64,000 bases of DNA from NCBI GenBank assembly GCA_044892505.1, contig CM097882.1, positions 15,376,001 to 15,440,000 on the forward strand, given 5' to 3'. The notes under the pieces are model-generated. The model did no database searches, was not told the DNA's origin, and was given only the letters and a program-made list of their open reading frames with translations. Positions 20,275 through 34,111 of the stretch are shown piece by piece (the stretch's first letter is position 1; the number at the start of each line of letters is the position of its first letter). This DNA comes from Schmidtea nova. Its lineage: Eukaryota. The position numbers and the translations under genes were made by a program.

Positions 20275-23200
20275 TTGTTCAGGCAAACTTTGGCTGAAAC
20301 ATTTCCCCCCCTTGATCCTTTCTAGCGGATCAACCGACCTATTCATCTCTGGGGGAAGGCAACTCTCCTGATTCTTAACTTTATTTTTCCACTTCGGCTT
20401 ATACTTATTTTTGTCATCAAATTTTTCTTCAACCAATAATCTTCTTCTAATCTCCTGGACACTCATTCTCAGGCCTATGCATATTTTTAGTTCCAGATTT
20501 ACCGTTGCCAATTTATCGTTAAGACAATTTAAATTTTCCATCTCCACTGATAACGTTTCTACAGTTTCAGCCACAATCTTTAATTTTACTTCTAACTCCT
20601 TAATTTCACTTTTATATTCTATTTCTGTCGTTTTTATTTTACTTTCAAGATCTTCTATTTTTGAATGAAGTTGTGTTACTAAATCCGACTTATCAGCAAG
20701 AGATTCATTACCAACAGTTGAACCGTGATCAACCTTGTCAAATGATCCCATTTTATTGCTACTAATTGCATTTTTACCTTTTATTATAAGATAGGCTGAC
20801 TGTTCACCACCTACCCCCTCTGCAATTATTACTGGACAATTTATAAGTTCGGCATTTCCGATAACCTTTTCATCCTTTTATAGATTTTTTTCAAGATTGT
20901 TAACTTTTCTCTTGCCACTTTTATCAACATTGGAATTTTCAACTATTCCTTGCTCAATACTTTTACCATTAAAGGAATTCTCTCCAATATTTTCCAAATT
21001 TTACAATTCTCTTCGATATCGTTAATATTTTCCACAATTTTCTCATCGACAATGCAATTCTCTTCAGTATTTTCTTCATTTATTGATTGCTCATCTTCCA
21101 CAACCATTGTCGATTCAATTTCCGTCATTACTTTTTGCACTAATTCGTTTGAAGTAGTGTTCATTCCATCCTCACTTGCAATACCAACTGACCCAGAGTT
21201 GTCAACCATTTCACCAGACACACCACCATTTACTGCGCTATCCTCACCTCGACCTGAATTCAAATTTCCATCACCAGTCCGAACCTCACCAAGAACTTCT
21301 TTCTGAGCTTTAGGTGCAAAACTCTCGTTATACTCCTTGCTACACTGTTCTCCTCGATAAGTCACCATTGCCGTGTTCTCATTTTGATTCTTATATCTTA
21401 ATGTCTTTGATCGTTCTCTACCAAGATCTACATTTGGATTTTTATCCACAAAATTTGTAACCCTCTTCTTATTTTCAATCTCTTTTCTATTTCCTGGCTG
21501 TCGCTCTCCAAACAGTATATTCAAAGCTTTGCTATGCCTATCAGCTTCCTTTTTGACCCATTCCGCTAAAGTTTGAACATTTGTCTCCTTCCCTGACTCA
21601 CAGTCGCGTACCCACTGTGTTAACATGGTTTCCGGTAACTTTCTCAACAGTTGGTAATACAGGATTCCATCGTTTAACTCCCCTTCTCTCTTTTGGTCCT
21701 TGAACGCCAAGATTATATTTCCCACTAGCTCGTCAAACCGTTCTAGGTCTTCCAATACATTGAGCCTCAATGGAAAGAACCTCTGTACCGCGTCCAGCAT
21801 CATTAAATATGTACGTTCTAGTCCACCATATCTCTCATCCAATAATTTTATTGCCGCTTCAAAAGCCTGAGAGCCATATCCGATATAAGCAAATAATTGC
21901 AGAGGTTTCCCTTCCAAATACTGTCTTAAGTACAAGTATTTCTTTTCGCTCGTTTCATCCGTGTCCTCGATGCAAGCTCTCACAATTGCTCGCCATCCAG
22001 CATACTCTATTACATTCCACATTAAATACCGGAAGCTGTAAGGGTTTCAATCGCACAAACAATCTCGGCCTGTCCTTAGCGCTTTCGTTTAGAACAGACT
22101 GTTCCCGACTTTTGTTAGCTTCCACTGAAAACCTCTCTTCCCTTTTTGTGAAAGCTAGTTCCCCTATTCTGTCAAATTCCATTTCCAATTTATCTAAATC
22201 CATCTGAATCTCCTTCAACTCACTCTCTCTTTTTAACTCCCGAGCCTGCCATTTCAATTGTTCTAATTCTGCCATCACTTTTCATATTTATCTTCGTAGG
22301 CTTCTCTCCTGGCTTCTTGCTCCGCGGTATCCACAACATCCGTTAGTGCTTTATTTCGAAGACGCTCTAATGTTATTTTTAATCCTGTTCACCTTTTGTA
22401 ACCTGCCTCAAACTCGGCATCGGTTACGGGACTTCCCCCATTCAACCGCAACAATAAAAATATGTTTGAACCCATTTGTATATTATAGTCAGACAATTTA
22501 CAGCCATCTCGCAATTGTTTCCCATCAAATATTAAACGTTGATGACTCGGTGGGATCCCCTCTCTCTCTTGTACCTTAAACTTGACACTCTCTATTAAAT
22601 CCGCCAAGTTTACTTCAATTGCAATTGTTTTTCCCAATAATGTCTTCACAAAAATTTGTGACATTCGTTTTAACTTCCCTACCTCACGGTACCCACATTC
22701 CTTCCCAATACAACACATAGCCAGGTCACTACCTTCATCCACTGCCTCAATCCCTCGACCATGGTGAATATCAAACTTTAATTCAATCGTGTCATGTAAA
22801 TTATCCCCAAAGGTCAAACCCGAGAAACCCGCGATAATCACACCTACCTCCCTTAACCTTTTATCATTTATCCCTATGTTTTTCCTTACAATACCCCTAT
22901 CCCTATTCAAAAATTCTTTAAATATAGCGGGGGGGGAATGTATCAACCCAGGACAAAAATTTACAAATCAGAAAATAATGTTCAAAAATATTACAAAAAC
23001 ACAGATTAAGAAAAGCTACCTTGTTCTGGCTGGATAGCCAGAACAGTATTGCCAATGTTCCGAGAAGTAAGTGGTCCCCCGATGGGAACCACACTCTGCT
23101 TCCATTTTTGAATCGAGCAATAACCTTTTGGAAATCATTTTAATTTCTATCAAAAAATGTTTTTATCAAAGAAGCGAGCAACTCGAGTTTGTGGTCACTA

Positions 23201-23815
23201 AATTGTTGATTGTAATGAACACCACGTAAAAGAATTGAAAGAGGCTCTCTGTGATTTGTTTGGCCATTGGTTTGAGATCCAGAAAACCAGCGCGCTTCAG
23301 GGATCTTGATGTCGTTATTGAGCTTGATTGTCAAGCTTTGCTCTGAAGACAAACTTCAATACGATAAGATGAGTTCGACAATACACTACTCAGCGATCGG
23401 CAAACTATCCAGAGAATAGGTTTCAGTTCCAGATCGCTGTGGAATATAGAATTTAGATGCTATCATTTGAAATGTTGCATGAATGTCATCACATTGTATT
23501 GGAAATAGAACAAATCCTTTCTCGTTTAATGTCAATAATGGCTCATTTCAGTCTAATATTTCGCCTCTCCCAACTTCCCAAAATCTCTTCGATAATTCTG
23601 TAATGTTGAGCCCACGTTGATTTGGATAATATCTTTTATTGCATCTCAAACAGTTCAATTGATCACAATATTCACAATGAAATATCACATTATCGTTTTC
23701 AACAACTTTCATCATTGGACAATTTAATGTTAAGCATTTATTTTTCGAAGAGAAGCAATTTGCAGAAGGCATAATATTCTCACATAATACATTTATATTC
23801 ACTCATCGTATTCTT
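20275..23815 (-). pseudogene. Reconstructed polyprotein, copy B
   Basis: Same lesions as copy A. Its IBR segment (23548-23802) reads KCLTLNCPMM...HCEYCDQLNCLRC, i.e. C-x4-C...CxxC-x4-CxxC. Confidence 0.7.
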
Positions 23816-24523
23816 TTGAAATCAAATTTAATTATCGCAAATTGAATTCCAAATTTAAAAAATATCCCAAAATTTCAATTACAAAATTGATTATTCAAAC
23901 CATCCGAATATCCCGCCATTCCAATTTACAAATCGGAACGAATTAACAAAACCGAATAAATCAAAATTCAATTCCCAATTTAAAATTAAAAACCATTCAA
24001 AAAATTCCTAAAAAATCCAAATAAATTGGATTATTAAAACAATCCTAGAATATTAGGGAAAAGCACATGCGCACCCAGACGCTGAACAGATTATCACGTC
24101 GCACACAGACGCGTATCACCATTATTCCAGAAAATGCGCACACAGACGCGACAATTATAAAATTTCAAATCGCGCACACAGACGCGTATATAAAAGATAG
24201 CATTCGCGCATACAGTTGCGAATAAATAGCCAAAGTTTGTTCAGGCAAACNNNNNNNNNNNNNNNNNNNNNNNNNNNNNNNNNNNNNNNNNNNNNNNNNN
24301 NNNNNNNNNNNNNNNNNNNNNNNNNNNNNNNNNNNNNNNNNNNNNNNNNNNNNNNNNNNNNNNNNNNNNNNNNNNNNNNNNNNNNNNNNNNNNNNNNNNN
24401 NNNNNNNNNNNNNNNNNNNNNNNNNNNNNNNNNNNNNNNNNNNNNNNNNNNNNNNNNNNNNNNNNNNNNNNNNNNNNNNNNNNNNNNNNNNNNNNNNNNN
24501 NNNNNNNNNNNNNNNNNNNNNNN

Positions 24524-25427
24524 CAACGCATACTGGCTTACACACAAGGGACTCACAATGCGCGTTGAATGCCTACTGTTATCTGTCTTATACACAAGGG
24601 ACTCACAATGCGCGTTGAATGCATACTGTTATCTGTCTGACACACACACAAGAATATGACCATCATACTCAACTTTCAATTACCTTTTGTTTGATGCATA
24701 TATTACATAGTATTTAAAGTTTTGAACCTTGGACCTGCGAGCGTCAACCACCCACCTTCAAGGGTATGACCATCAAACTCATTTATCAATTACCTTTTCT
24801 TTGATACATATTTTATATAGTTTTTAAATTTTTGAACCTTGGACCTTCTGAGGGTTGTCCATCAACTCAACTCTCAACTACCTTTTGTTTGATATATAAC
24901 ATATAAGGTTTGAAAAAATTTGAAAGTTTTTGACCCCATGAAGGTTGAGCACCCACCATAGACCTTCGAAGGTATGACCGTTGTGTGCACATCTCAATTA
25001 CCTTTTGTTTGATATATTACACACAAGGTTTGAAAATATTTGAAGATTTTGAACCCTGTTAGATAGAATCACCCACCATAAACTTTCAAGGGTATGACCA
25101 TCATACTGAACCTTCAAATACCTTTCGAATGATATATATATATTATAAGGTTTGAAAACATTTGAAGGTTTTTGACCCTTTGAAAATTCAGAACCTTCGA
25201 GGGTATGACCATTGTGTGCACTCCTCAAAGACCTTTCGAATGATACCCTTGGTTGAAGGTTTGACCTTATTTGACCTTTAAATTTAAAATTTGAATTTGA
25301 AATGAGTCATCGATGAGTCATGTCGATGAGTCATGTCGATGAGTCATGTCGATGAGTCATAAAAAGTTTCTACCCCGGGGGTGACATCATTTCCTTTGTT
25401 CGGTGATTACTCATGCTCCAAATAACT
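24524..25427 (-). mobile_element. Putative Polinton-type element end with subterminal repeats
   Basis: Read leftward from 25427: AGTTATTTGGAG...ACAAAGGAAATG...CCCCCGGGGTA. This shares blocks with the end at 46561 (AGT...GGAG...ACAAAGGAATG...CCCCC...GGGGTA). Five ATGAGTCAT copies and many GGGTATGACC repeats. Confidence 0.45.
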
Positions 25428-26865
25428 GCCTTCTATTGTTATGTAATGACTACAGTATTATTGCGTAACGTATAGAGTTTTATGCAATTTTTACGGCATT
25501 ATCACATAATAATTTGAAGGTTTATGTAAAAATACGTAATAATTATATAACTAATAAAGGATTACGCAATGCTTACGTAACACATATATTCACGTAATTT
25601 TCGTGGATGGTAAACTGTATAATAATTACGAAATACCCATATTTTAGGGAAAAATGGCTTGTGCTAGACCCTTTACTATCCATACTAATCAGTGGGATGG
25701 TCTTCTGGGCCATCAAACATTTCACTTCAATCTTATTAAAAGTGGTTTGAAGATCAATTGTTGTCTTGTGAAAAAAAAATTAAATTTAAATCTAAAGGTT
25801 GTCTGAGAAACGTTTATTGTCAATGGTCTTGTAGATAGAAACGGAAAACATTATCAATAAAAATCCCTCTTTGCTTAAGGTGAATTTCGATTTATGAATC
25901 TCAAAGAATCCAGGTTAAATTTTAAGTTTGAATTATTTATAAATTACTGAAGAAATCTTTGTTCAATTGTGACAGCACTGACGTCGATTTGACAAACGGA
26001 ACAGGATACTATTGAGTTTTGTCAGTATAAAACTTCATCCAAGAAAATTTACTTTCACGGTTGATTGGATAAGAATTCCATCCTCGCATAGTTAGGAATA
26101 TATCTTTACATTCTTAATTCATAAAAGAAATTAAAAAGTGGTGAAAGAATAAAGAAAAGTCAATGGTGAATAAATTGAAAATTGAAAGACAAACAAAAAT
26201 CTATTTAAAGAGGACTTAGTAATTTGGTGGCTGTAAAATGTTGGTGTTAGGTCGACGAAAATAAATTATTGTTTATTTTGTGTGTGAGTGTGTATGCCGG
26301 GATCTGAGCAATTAAATGCTATTTAGTTATAGCAGTGGTGTTGTTGCATGCATTAGGAAATGACATTATAAAAAGAAAGTGCCGAATCTAAAAAATACAG
26401 CAATAAAATATTTAGATGAAAAGTTTGCAAACAAAAAAATGGGCTCAGAATTTCGTAAATTGAAAATTATCAATTGTGCAAATTTGTATCCGAAGAATTA
26501 TCAACAAATGTAAACGAGATTATCTTACTGCACAAAGCTTCAAGTCTAATTAAGAAAAGCAAATCATTATACAAGATTTTCTCCAAGTAACTATCCTAGT
26601 GATCAACTTATATTTTGCGCTTCTTCTCATCGGATTGTAACAAGCATTCAATATAATTGTTATTCGTCGATTTATGATGCGATTAAACTTAGTTTTAATT
26701 AGATCTTGTACATAGTGGTTTTGATAACTTAATAATTTAAATAGTCTACATTCTTAAAATGATAGACGAAATGAAAGTCGAAATACCATAGTTTCAGAGG
26801 ATGTTTGCAAATTTTGGCCTGTGTTCGTTTATTTGTGCGTTCGTGTGTGTACTTGCTTAGATCTG

Positions 26866-27181
26866 AGTCTTTAGTGTGCGCATCATTAGCTTATTGCCAT
26901 CTGTGTGCGATTATTTTTCATTAGCCTTATTTGTATCGCGTCCGTGTGTACATATTCATTTTTAATGTTATCGCGTCCGTGTGTGCATTTGGTTGAAAAG
27001 TTTTATTGATTAAAAATGGTATCATTAGTCTTTAGTGTGCGCATCATTAGCTTATTGCCATCTGTGTGCGATTATTTTTCATTAGCCTTATTTGTATCGC
27101 GTCCGTGTGTACATATTCATTTTTAATGTTATCGCGTCCGTGTGTGCATTTGGTTGAAAAGTTTTATTGATTAAAAATGGT
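26866..27181. repeat. 161-bp tandem duplication with CGCGTCCGTGTG motifs
   Basis: Units start at 26866 and 27027. Confidence 0.9.
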
Positions 27182-27980
27182 AAAATTGGTTTGAGAGTTA
27201 GTTGTTTTATCGAGTCTCTTTGAGGTTTAGGGAATTGAATTTGGATTTAGAATTTTTCAAATTTTGCTTAGTGGGATCGAGTGATTTTTTGGTAATTGAA
27301 TTTTGGACAGTTTTTTGAGTTTTAATTTGGAGATTTAATTGGATTTCTGTGGATATAAAAAAATTGTTCTCTATGATTCAAATGAATTCAGAGCTAATCG
27401 CATCACATTTGAATTAGGTCGGCAACGTTCTCACACAAGAAGACTCTAATTGGATAGTTGTCATTCAAACTGAAGACGATGCTTTGGAAACAAAAGAGTT
27501 TATTTCTATAGATTGTGAAAATAATAATATATCCTCAAGAGATAATAAATCCTTTTTTCAATTTAAGAAAGTTAATTGTGATTCAAGGTCAATTTTAAAA
27601 TCGAGAATTCAAACGTCTGACGTACGTCAACAATCCAATGCTTCTTTTGATGATTTCAAGGTAAATAGTGATATCTCCGACAGTATATTTGCTGAGACAA
27701 TAAAGAATATCATTATTGCTTCTTTTGATCGTTACAAAAAGACAGTATATTTGCTGAGATACTAAAGAATTTCATTGATGCTTCTTTTCATAGTTACAAA
27801 AAGGACAGTATGTTGGCTAATGAAATAAAACGTTCATTAAAAATGGTCTTGGCTCGATTCAACCATTACTATTATTCCTTCGACTTTTCGTAATTTAGAC
27901 CTAAAAATATTATTAAAACATTATTCTTTCTCATGTATTTTCCTTTAAAAATTATTGGAATATTCAGAAGCGACTCAGGT

Positions 27981-28010
27981 CGGGACTTCGGGGGTTTTCC
28001 CGAAGTCCCG
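27981..28010. other. Perfect 12-bp GC-rich hairpin
   Basis: CGGGACTTCGGG-ggtttt-CCCGAAGTCCCG. Confidence 0.8.
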
Positions 28011-28164
28011 CGCTTTCATATTCTAACAATTATTAGTAGTTTAGCAAATTTTTGTCACCGAATGTAACGTTTTTACAAGTCGGATATTAACGCAATTTAT
28101 TTCATGAGATAAATATTTTGTCACAAATTATTTAAAAGAATACAAATCCATTAGATTGCCTGAA

Positions 28165-28536
28165 ACAAATTTTCAAAGATAATATATACGACGTATATCC
28201 CAATACATATGTATCATTGAGAATAATGCTAACAACTCCTGTTATCTAAGATCAACGATGCAACAAGATAGGTTAGAGGGTTGGCTATGTTGACAATAGA
28301 GCACAAGGTTGCAAAACAAATAAATAATGATGATATTAGCAGTAAAGAAAGTGTGTACGAAATAGGAATAAAATAATATTATGTCTATGCATGTATATCA
28401 TTGTATATATTGAAGAAATAATTATTTCATAAAATGAATTGATAAAATTATGTTCATGTAACATTTCTTCTTTTTTGGGAAGGGGCCCCACATATAATAC
28501 TTTCTCGATACCCCGCAAAACTCACAGCCGGCCCTG
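28165..28536 (+). mobile_element. hAT transposon 3' remnant (dimerization domain plus TIR)
   Basis: YPNTYVSLRIMLTTPV, then YLRSTMQQDRLEG/LAMLTIEHKVAKQINNDDI with a deletion and a frameshift. Ends in CAGCCGGCCCTG, a CAGGGCCGG-type TIR. Confidence 0.75.
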
Positions 28537-28695
28537 GGAATATTAAATTAAAAAGAGATTCGGTGAAATAATAATGTTTAGGACATTTATAACAGGAAAA
28601 ACAGAATATACAAATAACTATAAAAGGTGATAAGTCAAAACATATTTAAATAAATATTTTGTTTGAAATATCATATTTGAATTAATTTATTTTAG

Positions 28696-29893
28696 GACCT
28701 TGTAAAAATATTTGAGTTTTACAAAACGAAAATTTATCCGAATTTGAAATAAGTTCTCCTCAGTCGATTTTTGATTTTCTGTATTTTCTAGTGATATATG
28801 TAGTGCCTCAGATTTCCATTGCAATTTTAATTTGAAATAGTAACAAAATTGATTAGAATTAAGGGTAAGAGATTTTTAAAATGCAACATGAAGGAGAAAT
28901 CGCATTTGCCTAAATATATTTTTATCTCATTATTGTAGTTTTTTTCACATCGCTACAATTGGTGTCAGAAGTTACAGCACCAGCATCAACAGCACCAGCT
29001 TCAACAGCACCAGCATCAACAGCTCCAGCATCTACAGCACCAAAATCTACAGCACCAACTTTCGCAGCACCAATGGTACCCAATACGCTCCGCATACTTC
29101 GGCAAGGACTATTGTAGTGCCTCTGATTTTGATATCAATTTTAATTTGAAATATTAACAATATTGAGATTTCAATTTTGTTTAAATAATTAGAATTAAGA
29201 GAAAGAGATTTTTAAAATGCAACATGAAGGAGAAATTTTATTTGCATAAATATATTTTTTACCTCATTATTGTAGATTTTCCACATCGCTACAATATATT
29301 TCAGATTTTCGTTTTTCTTCGCAGAAATAGCGATAGAATTGAACCATCATTTCGTCAGTCGGCCTGATACAGTCCACAAGCTTTTGTCTGTGATAAGCTA
29401 TTTTTTCCTCTGCAGTCTCATCACGTCTCCGATTTCAGGGGTAATAATAGACCGATTGAAAAGGCATCTGATATCAGTCTATAAAGAGTCATGGAATGAA
29501 TCCAAAATCTACCTTTCATTTGCAAACTGTTTCGTAGTTTCTCAATGCATTTGTTCATTTTTTAATATTCTACTATCAATCTTTATTCTGATTCCGAATG
29601 AACAAATGGTTTATGTGACCTTTCTATGCTTGTCCGTGACTCGCTCGATTTTGTTTTCTTTCGGTTCTTCTTATCTCATAGAGTTATTTCCTGTTAGACT
29701 GTTTAGTAAAATATTAGGAATTACTACCTTATTAGTAGGGGTTATTACGTTAGTTCAGTTTATTATATTATTCAATGATCCCTTTAGATTGAAGATTGTC
29801 AATTATATTTTGCTTGCTTTATCGTTTGCAACCTTCTTATACCCTCTATACCTCAAGTTTTCAAATGATAAATGCAATATTCGTAAAAATTAA
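28696..29893 (+). pseudogene. SLC43: SLC43/LAT3-like MFS transporter terminal exon, interrupted by a TRIM and a TGA
   Basis: SPISGVIIDRLK, IPNEQMVYVTFLCLSVTRSILF, LFPVRLFSKILG, LVQF. Removing 28799-29298 restores SSPQSIFDFLYFLVIYFRFSFFFAEI in frame. In-frame TGA at 28713-28715. Confidence 0.7.
28799..29293 (+). mobile_element. TRIM-like miniature LTR element (495 bp)
   Basis: Diverged TG...CA direct repeats at 28799-28957 and 29113-29293. PBS TGGTGTCAGAAGT at 28960-28972. 5-bp TSD ATATA at 28794-28798 and 29294-29298. Confidence 0.8.
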
Positions 29894-30980
29894 AAACTCT
29901 TTCAAGAGTTTACTATCAGTTTATTTTTTTATTTAGAAATATATAACTTATTCAGATTTTTATTATTAATAATTAATTCACTTAAATTTAACTAATTTAA
30001 TTTTAATTATATAATTAAATTAAATTATTTATTTAAAATTATTCATTGCATATCAATGTGAAAAATTCCAAAAGATTTTCTTTGAAATAAACCTGACACC
30101 GTGCCAGATGTTTCCCGCCAAGATATTTCTCGATGTTTATTTATTTTTTGAATTTCTAATGATACATCATATGTTACTTTTGCACTTGAAAATCAATTTT
30201 TGCACACTAATTTTAATTTTTACGATTTCTCATATATTACTGAAGAAACATTTTTCTTTTAATTTTAATTTTTCTTTTATGCGATCTTTAAAACACTATT
30301 AAAATGTTTTGGACAATCGCTTAATAAAAATTTAGTTCATGTAAAAAAATAAAATTCCTTTTGCAAATTTCAGTATAATGAGATTAATTTTAATATCAGT
30401 AGTTACTTCATCAATTAGCAAAATCGTTCCCAAATTATTTTTACTCTGGGCCACATTTCAAAATATCGGTAAGGTGGTGGGTACCATTTCTTTTTTTAAA
30501 GAAAATTTATAGTTAGATATAGTTATTAATTAATAGGAATTGGTATAAATAACGATTTATTAATATATTATTAATAAGGATNNNNNNNNNNNNNNNNNNN
30601 NNNNNNNNNNNNNNNNNNNNNNNNNNNNNNNNNNNNNNNNNNNNNNNNNNNNNNNNNNNNNNNNNNNNNNNNNNNNNNNNNNNNNNNNNNNNNNNNNNNN
30701 NNNNNNNNNNNNNNNNNNNNNNNNNNNNNNNNNNNNNNNNNNNNNNNNNNNNNNCCATCTAAAGATTTATTTAATATAAACATAGAGTGATCACTCTTAA
30801 ATAGTTATGTATATTGCGCAATAACTAACACAGTGATTGAATTACGCAATATACTCTGAACCGCTTCACATTTGGTCTTCGGCCTCTAATGCAATATCAT
30901 TACTCTCCACTTTTTAAGATTGATGCCATCTCTTTAACCATTCGATTCGTCGTTGTCACGTTGTATTTGGATATTCCAAT

Positions 30981-33976
30981 TCAACTTGGTGATCTGACAC
31001 ATCTTAGAATTTTATATGGACCATCATATTGAATATCATTTTTGTTTCTTCTATGTGGTTCTCGTCGGACTAGTACATCCTCCCCCACTTCAAAATGTCG
31101 TTTAATTCTTTTTTCATCCTCGAATTTCCTCATCTTTTGAGCAACTTGCTTGTTATTCGTTTGGGCTTCTTCTGAAATATCTCGTATTTGATGGTTGAGT
31201 CTAGATTTAGCATGTAATGTTATTTTCCGTCCATATACTATTTCAAATGGTGAATATTTTGTAGCACTTTGATACGTTGTGTTTATACTGAATTCAATTC
31301 GAGGCAACAGTTCGTGCCACCGTTTTTTTAGCACAGCCCCCTTTTATCGTAGTCACAAGTAAATCGCTCATTGTTCTGATAGCTCTTTCCACTAAGCCAT
31401 TCGACTGATGTTATTACGGCGTGGCGAATTCTTGCTTTATTCCCAGCTGTTCTTATTTTCCTTCAAATATTTGCTTTCAAAATTTCGTCCTCTGTCCGTC
31501 AATATACTTTGAGGTTTACCTTATTTGTAAATCCAATTGTTCATCAGCGTCTTCAAAATAGTTTTTTCATCTTGGTTTGCTATAGCCGTTAGACTTACTA
31601 ATTTGCTAAACTTATCAATAATAATGATAACATACCTTTTGTCTGTTGAAGTTTTCTCCATGACAGCAACATCCGTAACAATCTGTTCTAGAAATTCAAA
31701 ACTTTCGTGTGGAATTAAAATTTCCTTTGTCTTTCCTTGGTCTATTTTCCTTCTTGCACGTGTGACACATCGTTTTACTATCTCTTTAACGGTTTCTTGC
31801 ATTTTCGGCCACAAAAAATTCCCTTCCAAATAATGAAACAGCTTCTTAGTTCCAACATGACATAAATCTTCATGTATTTTAATCACTAATTTAGATTGAT
31901 CGCTTTTTGGGATTACCACTAGATCTATTTTGTGCGTTTTCAATACAAGCATATCATCCGATATCTTTAACTGATCTTTATATCTGAATAAAAAACTATT
32001 TTGAAACGATTCCTTCCGAACATCTATTTGATTCCTAAGGATTTCCATCGCCTCCTCGAACAATTTATCTTTCGTCTGTTCTTCCATAATCTCTAACATT
32101 GTCTGTGTTTTTTGTATCAAATTGATATATCTTACTCTTGATCTTTCTTGTTTATGTTGTACATGTGCTGTCTGACACTGTGCACACAAACTTCCTCCTA
32201 TCCTTGATAATCCATCTGCGTTTGCATGTTCGTCACCTTTCCGGTATTTCAATTGGAAATCGTATTCCAATAGATTAGCCATCCATGTCTGAAATTGTAG
32301 ACTTATTGCTTTTTAGTTCGTGTTCATAAATACTAAAGCCTTGTGATCTGTTCGGGCCACAAATTCTTTCCCGTATAAATACTGTCTAAATATAAAACAT
32401 ATTCATATAACGCCAATAACTCTTTCCTGGTTACGCAGTATTCCTTTTCATAGGCAGTCAGATTTCTTGAACCGTATGCGATAACTATTTCTGAACCATC
32501 TTCTTTAATTTGACTCAAAACTGTTCCAATAGCTTCAAAACTGGCATCAGTATCCAAAATAAATTTTCGATCTATACGAGGTAAATCAAGAATAAGAGCT
32601 TGTGTTAAGGCTTCTTTAAGCTGACTAAAACTGTTTTCACAATTTTCTGACCATTTTATTGTTTTATCACAACCTGAAGCTGCTGCATGTAAGGGTGCTG
32701 CTATTTTTGCATATTCTTTGACAAATCGTCTATAATAATTTGTCAAACCCAGAAATGATCGAAGTTGTTTAGCACACTGCGGTTTCATCGCTTCTGTAAT
32801 TGACTTGATCTTCTCTGAATTTGTCTGTATTCCATCTTCACTGATGGTATAACCAAGGACTTTTAATTTTGTTTTGTAAATTTCGCACTTCTACAGATTT
32901 ATTTTTAGTCCTGTTTTTTGTATTCTTTTAAAACCTTCTCGATATCGCTCATCATGTTCAGACTGGTCCTTGCCATGTACAAGAATATCGTCTAAATAAA
33001 AAATTGCTCCAATAAACAATATACCCTCTGACATCGTGTGCATTAATCGCTGAAACGTTGCTGGAGCCGTTGATAGTCCAAATGGAAGTCGATTGAAACA
33101 AAATTGACCTTCTTTGGAACTAAAAGCCGTTTTCTCTTGCGCTTCTTCTGCTAATGCGACCTGATAGTATGCTTGTCCAAGATCTAAAGAAGAAAAGTAT
33201 TTAGATCCTGATAGGTTATCGAGTAAAAGAGATATGTTGGACATCGGGAAAAATTCTATTTCTGTCATCTTATTCAGCTCTCTATAGTCTATGCACATTC
33301 TTATTGAGCCGTCTTTCTTTCCTACTACGACTAATAAGGAGCTCCATGGACTTTTACAGCGTCTTATAACTCCAGCTTTTGTTAACTCCTTTATCATATA
33401 GTCAATTTTCTGTTCTAGATGCATCGGTTGTTGTCTTGGAAATTGCATTGTTGGATTCCCAGATGTATTAATTTCGTGTTCAACGATTCTTGTGAATCCT
33501 AAATCAAATCTAGCTGTCATAAATATTGACCCGAATTCATCTAATAATTTGTTAATTGTTGGCAATTCATTTTTTCCCAAATCATTTTTTGCTTTTTGTC
33601 TTCTCTCGTCATCAGTATAATTACTAATTTTTGTCTTGGATTCAATATTGTTAATTTCCATCAACTGCACTCCAAATGCTTTCAAAGTATCTACCCCACC
33701 AATAAAACCTGGAAATATATTTTTAATAACAATTATTTTGATAGTCCTCATCTTATTGTGCCAATAAACATTTGTTTCTGTACATCCCAGTGGTTTTTGA
33801 GTTCCTGGAAAAACTCCACATATTTTGATTTCACTGCTGCTTAACCGTAGACTGCTAATTTTATTACACGTTTCCATCACTGTAATCGAAGCTCCAGAAT
33901 CCCACGACATCTTAATCTCAACATCATTTATCATCATCTTGCTCCATTCTCTTCGATCTGATGTCACATAGCTCAT
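30981..33976 (-). pseudogene. pol: Gypsy pol fragments (PR-RT-RH-IN)
   Basis: WDSGAS; RMCIDYRELN, LDLGQAYYQV, LPFGL, FYLDD; LDTDASFEAIG; IHEDLCH, IIDKFSK; YSPFEIVYGR, YDGPY. Confidence 0.9.
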
Positions 33977-34111
33977 TCTTTCTGCTCTGTCATTCCAATT
34001 TTCTTTCTTTACAACCCCATTGACGAAATGTATGCAATAGAGTTCCTCATGTTTTTTTCAGTTTCCACATCATGAATTGCATAATCATTAATTGATTCTC
34101 TGGTTTCTGCA

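Larger units (their letters stand above)
15229..24250 (-). repeat. 3.94-kb head-to-tail tandem array (at least 2.3 units, runs into an assembly gap)
   Basis: Paired ORFs offset by 3939 bp (17004/20943, 18450/22389) or 3943 bp (15666/19609). The third unit (23109-24250) is more diverged. Confidence 0.95.

Noticed and set aside
27981-28026. GC hairpin followed by CTAA as a Helitron 3' end
   Set aside because: The next base is C rather than T, and no 5' TC end or Rep-helicase sequence was found. Kept only as a hairpin.
9314-28715. Many in-frame TGA codons interrupting otherwise continuous frames, suggesting TGA=Trp or Sec recoding
   Set aside because: Long ORFs (1531, 714, 684 aa) contain many Trp without any TGA interruption. 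TAA, TAG and frameshift lesions occur in the same elements, so ordinary decay explains them.
28800-29324. TRIM spliced out as an intron (GT at 28800; AG at 29304 or 29324), rescuing SLC43
   Set aside because: Both joins are out of frame, and an upstream in-frame TGA exists anyway.
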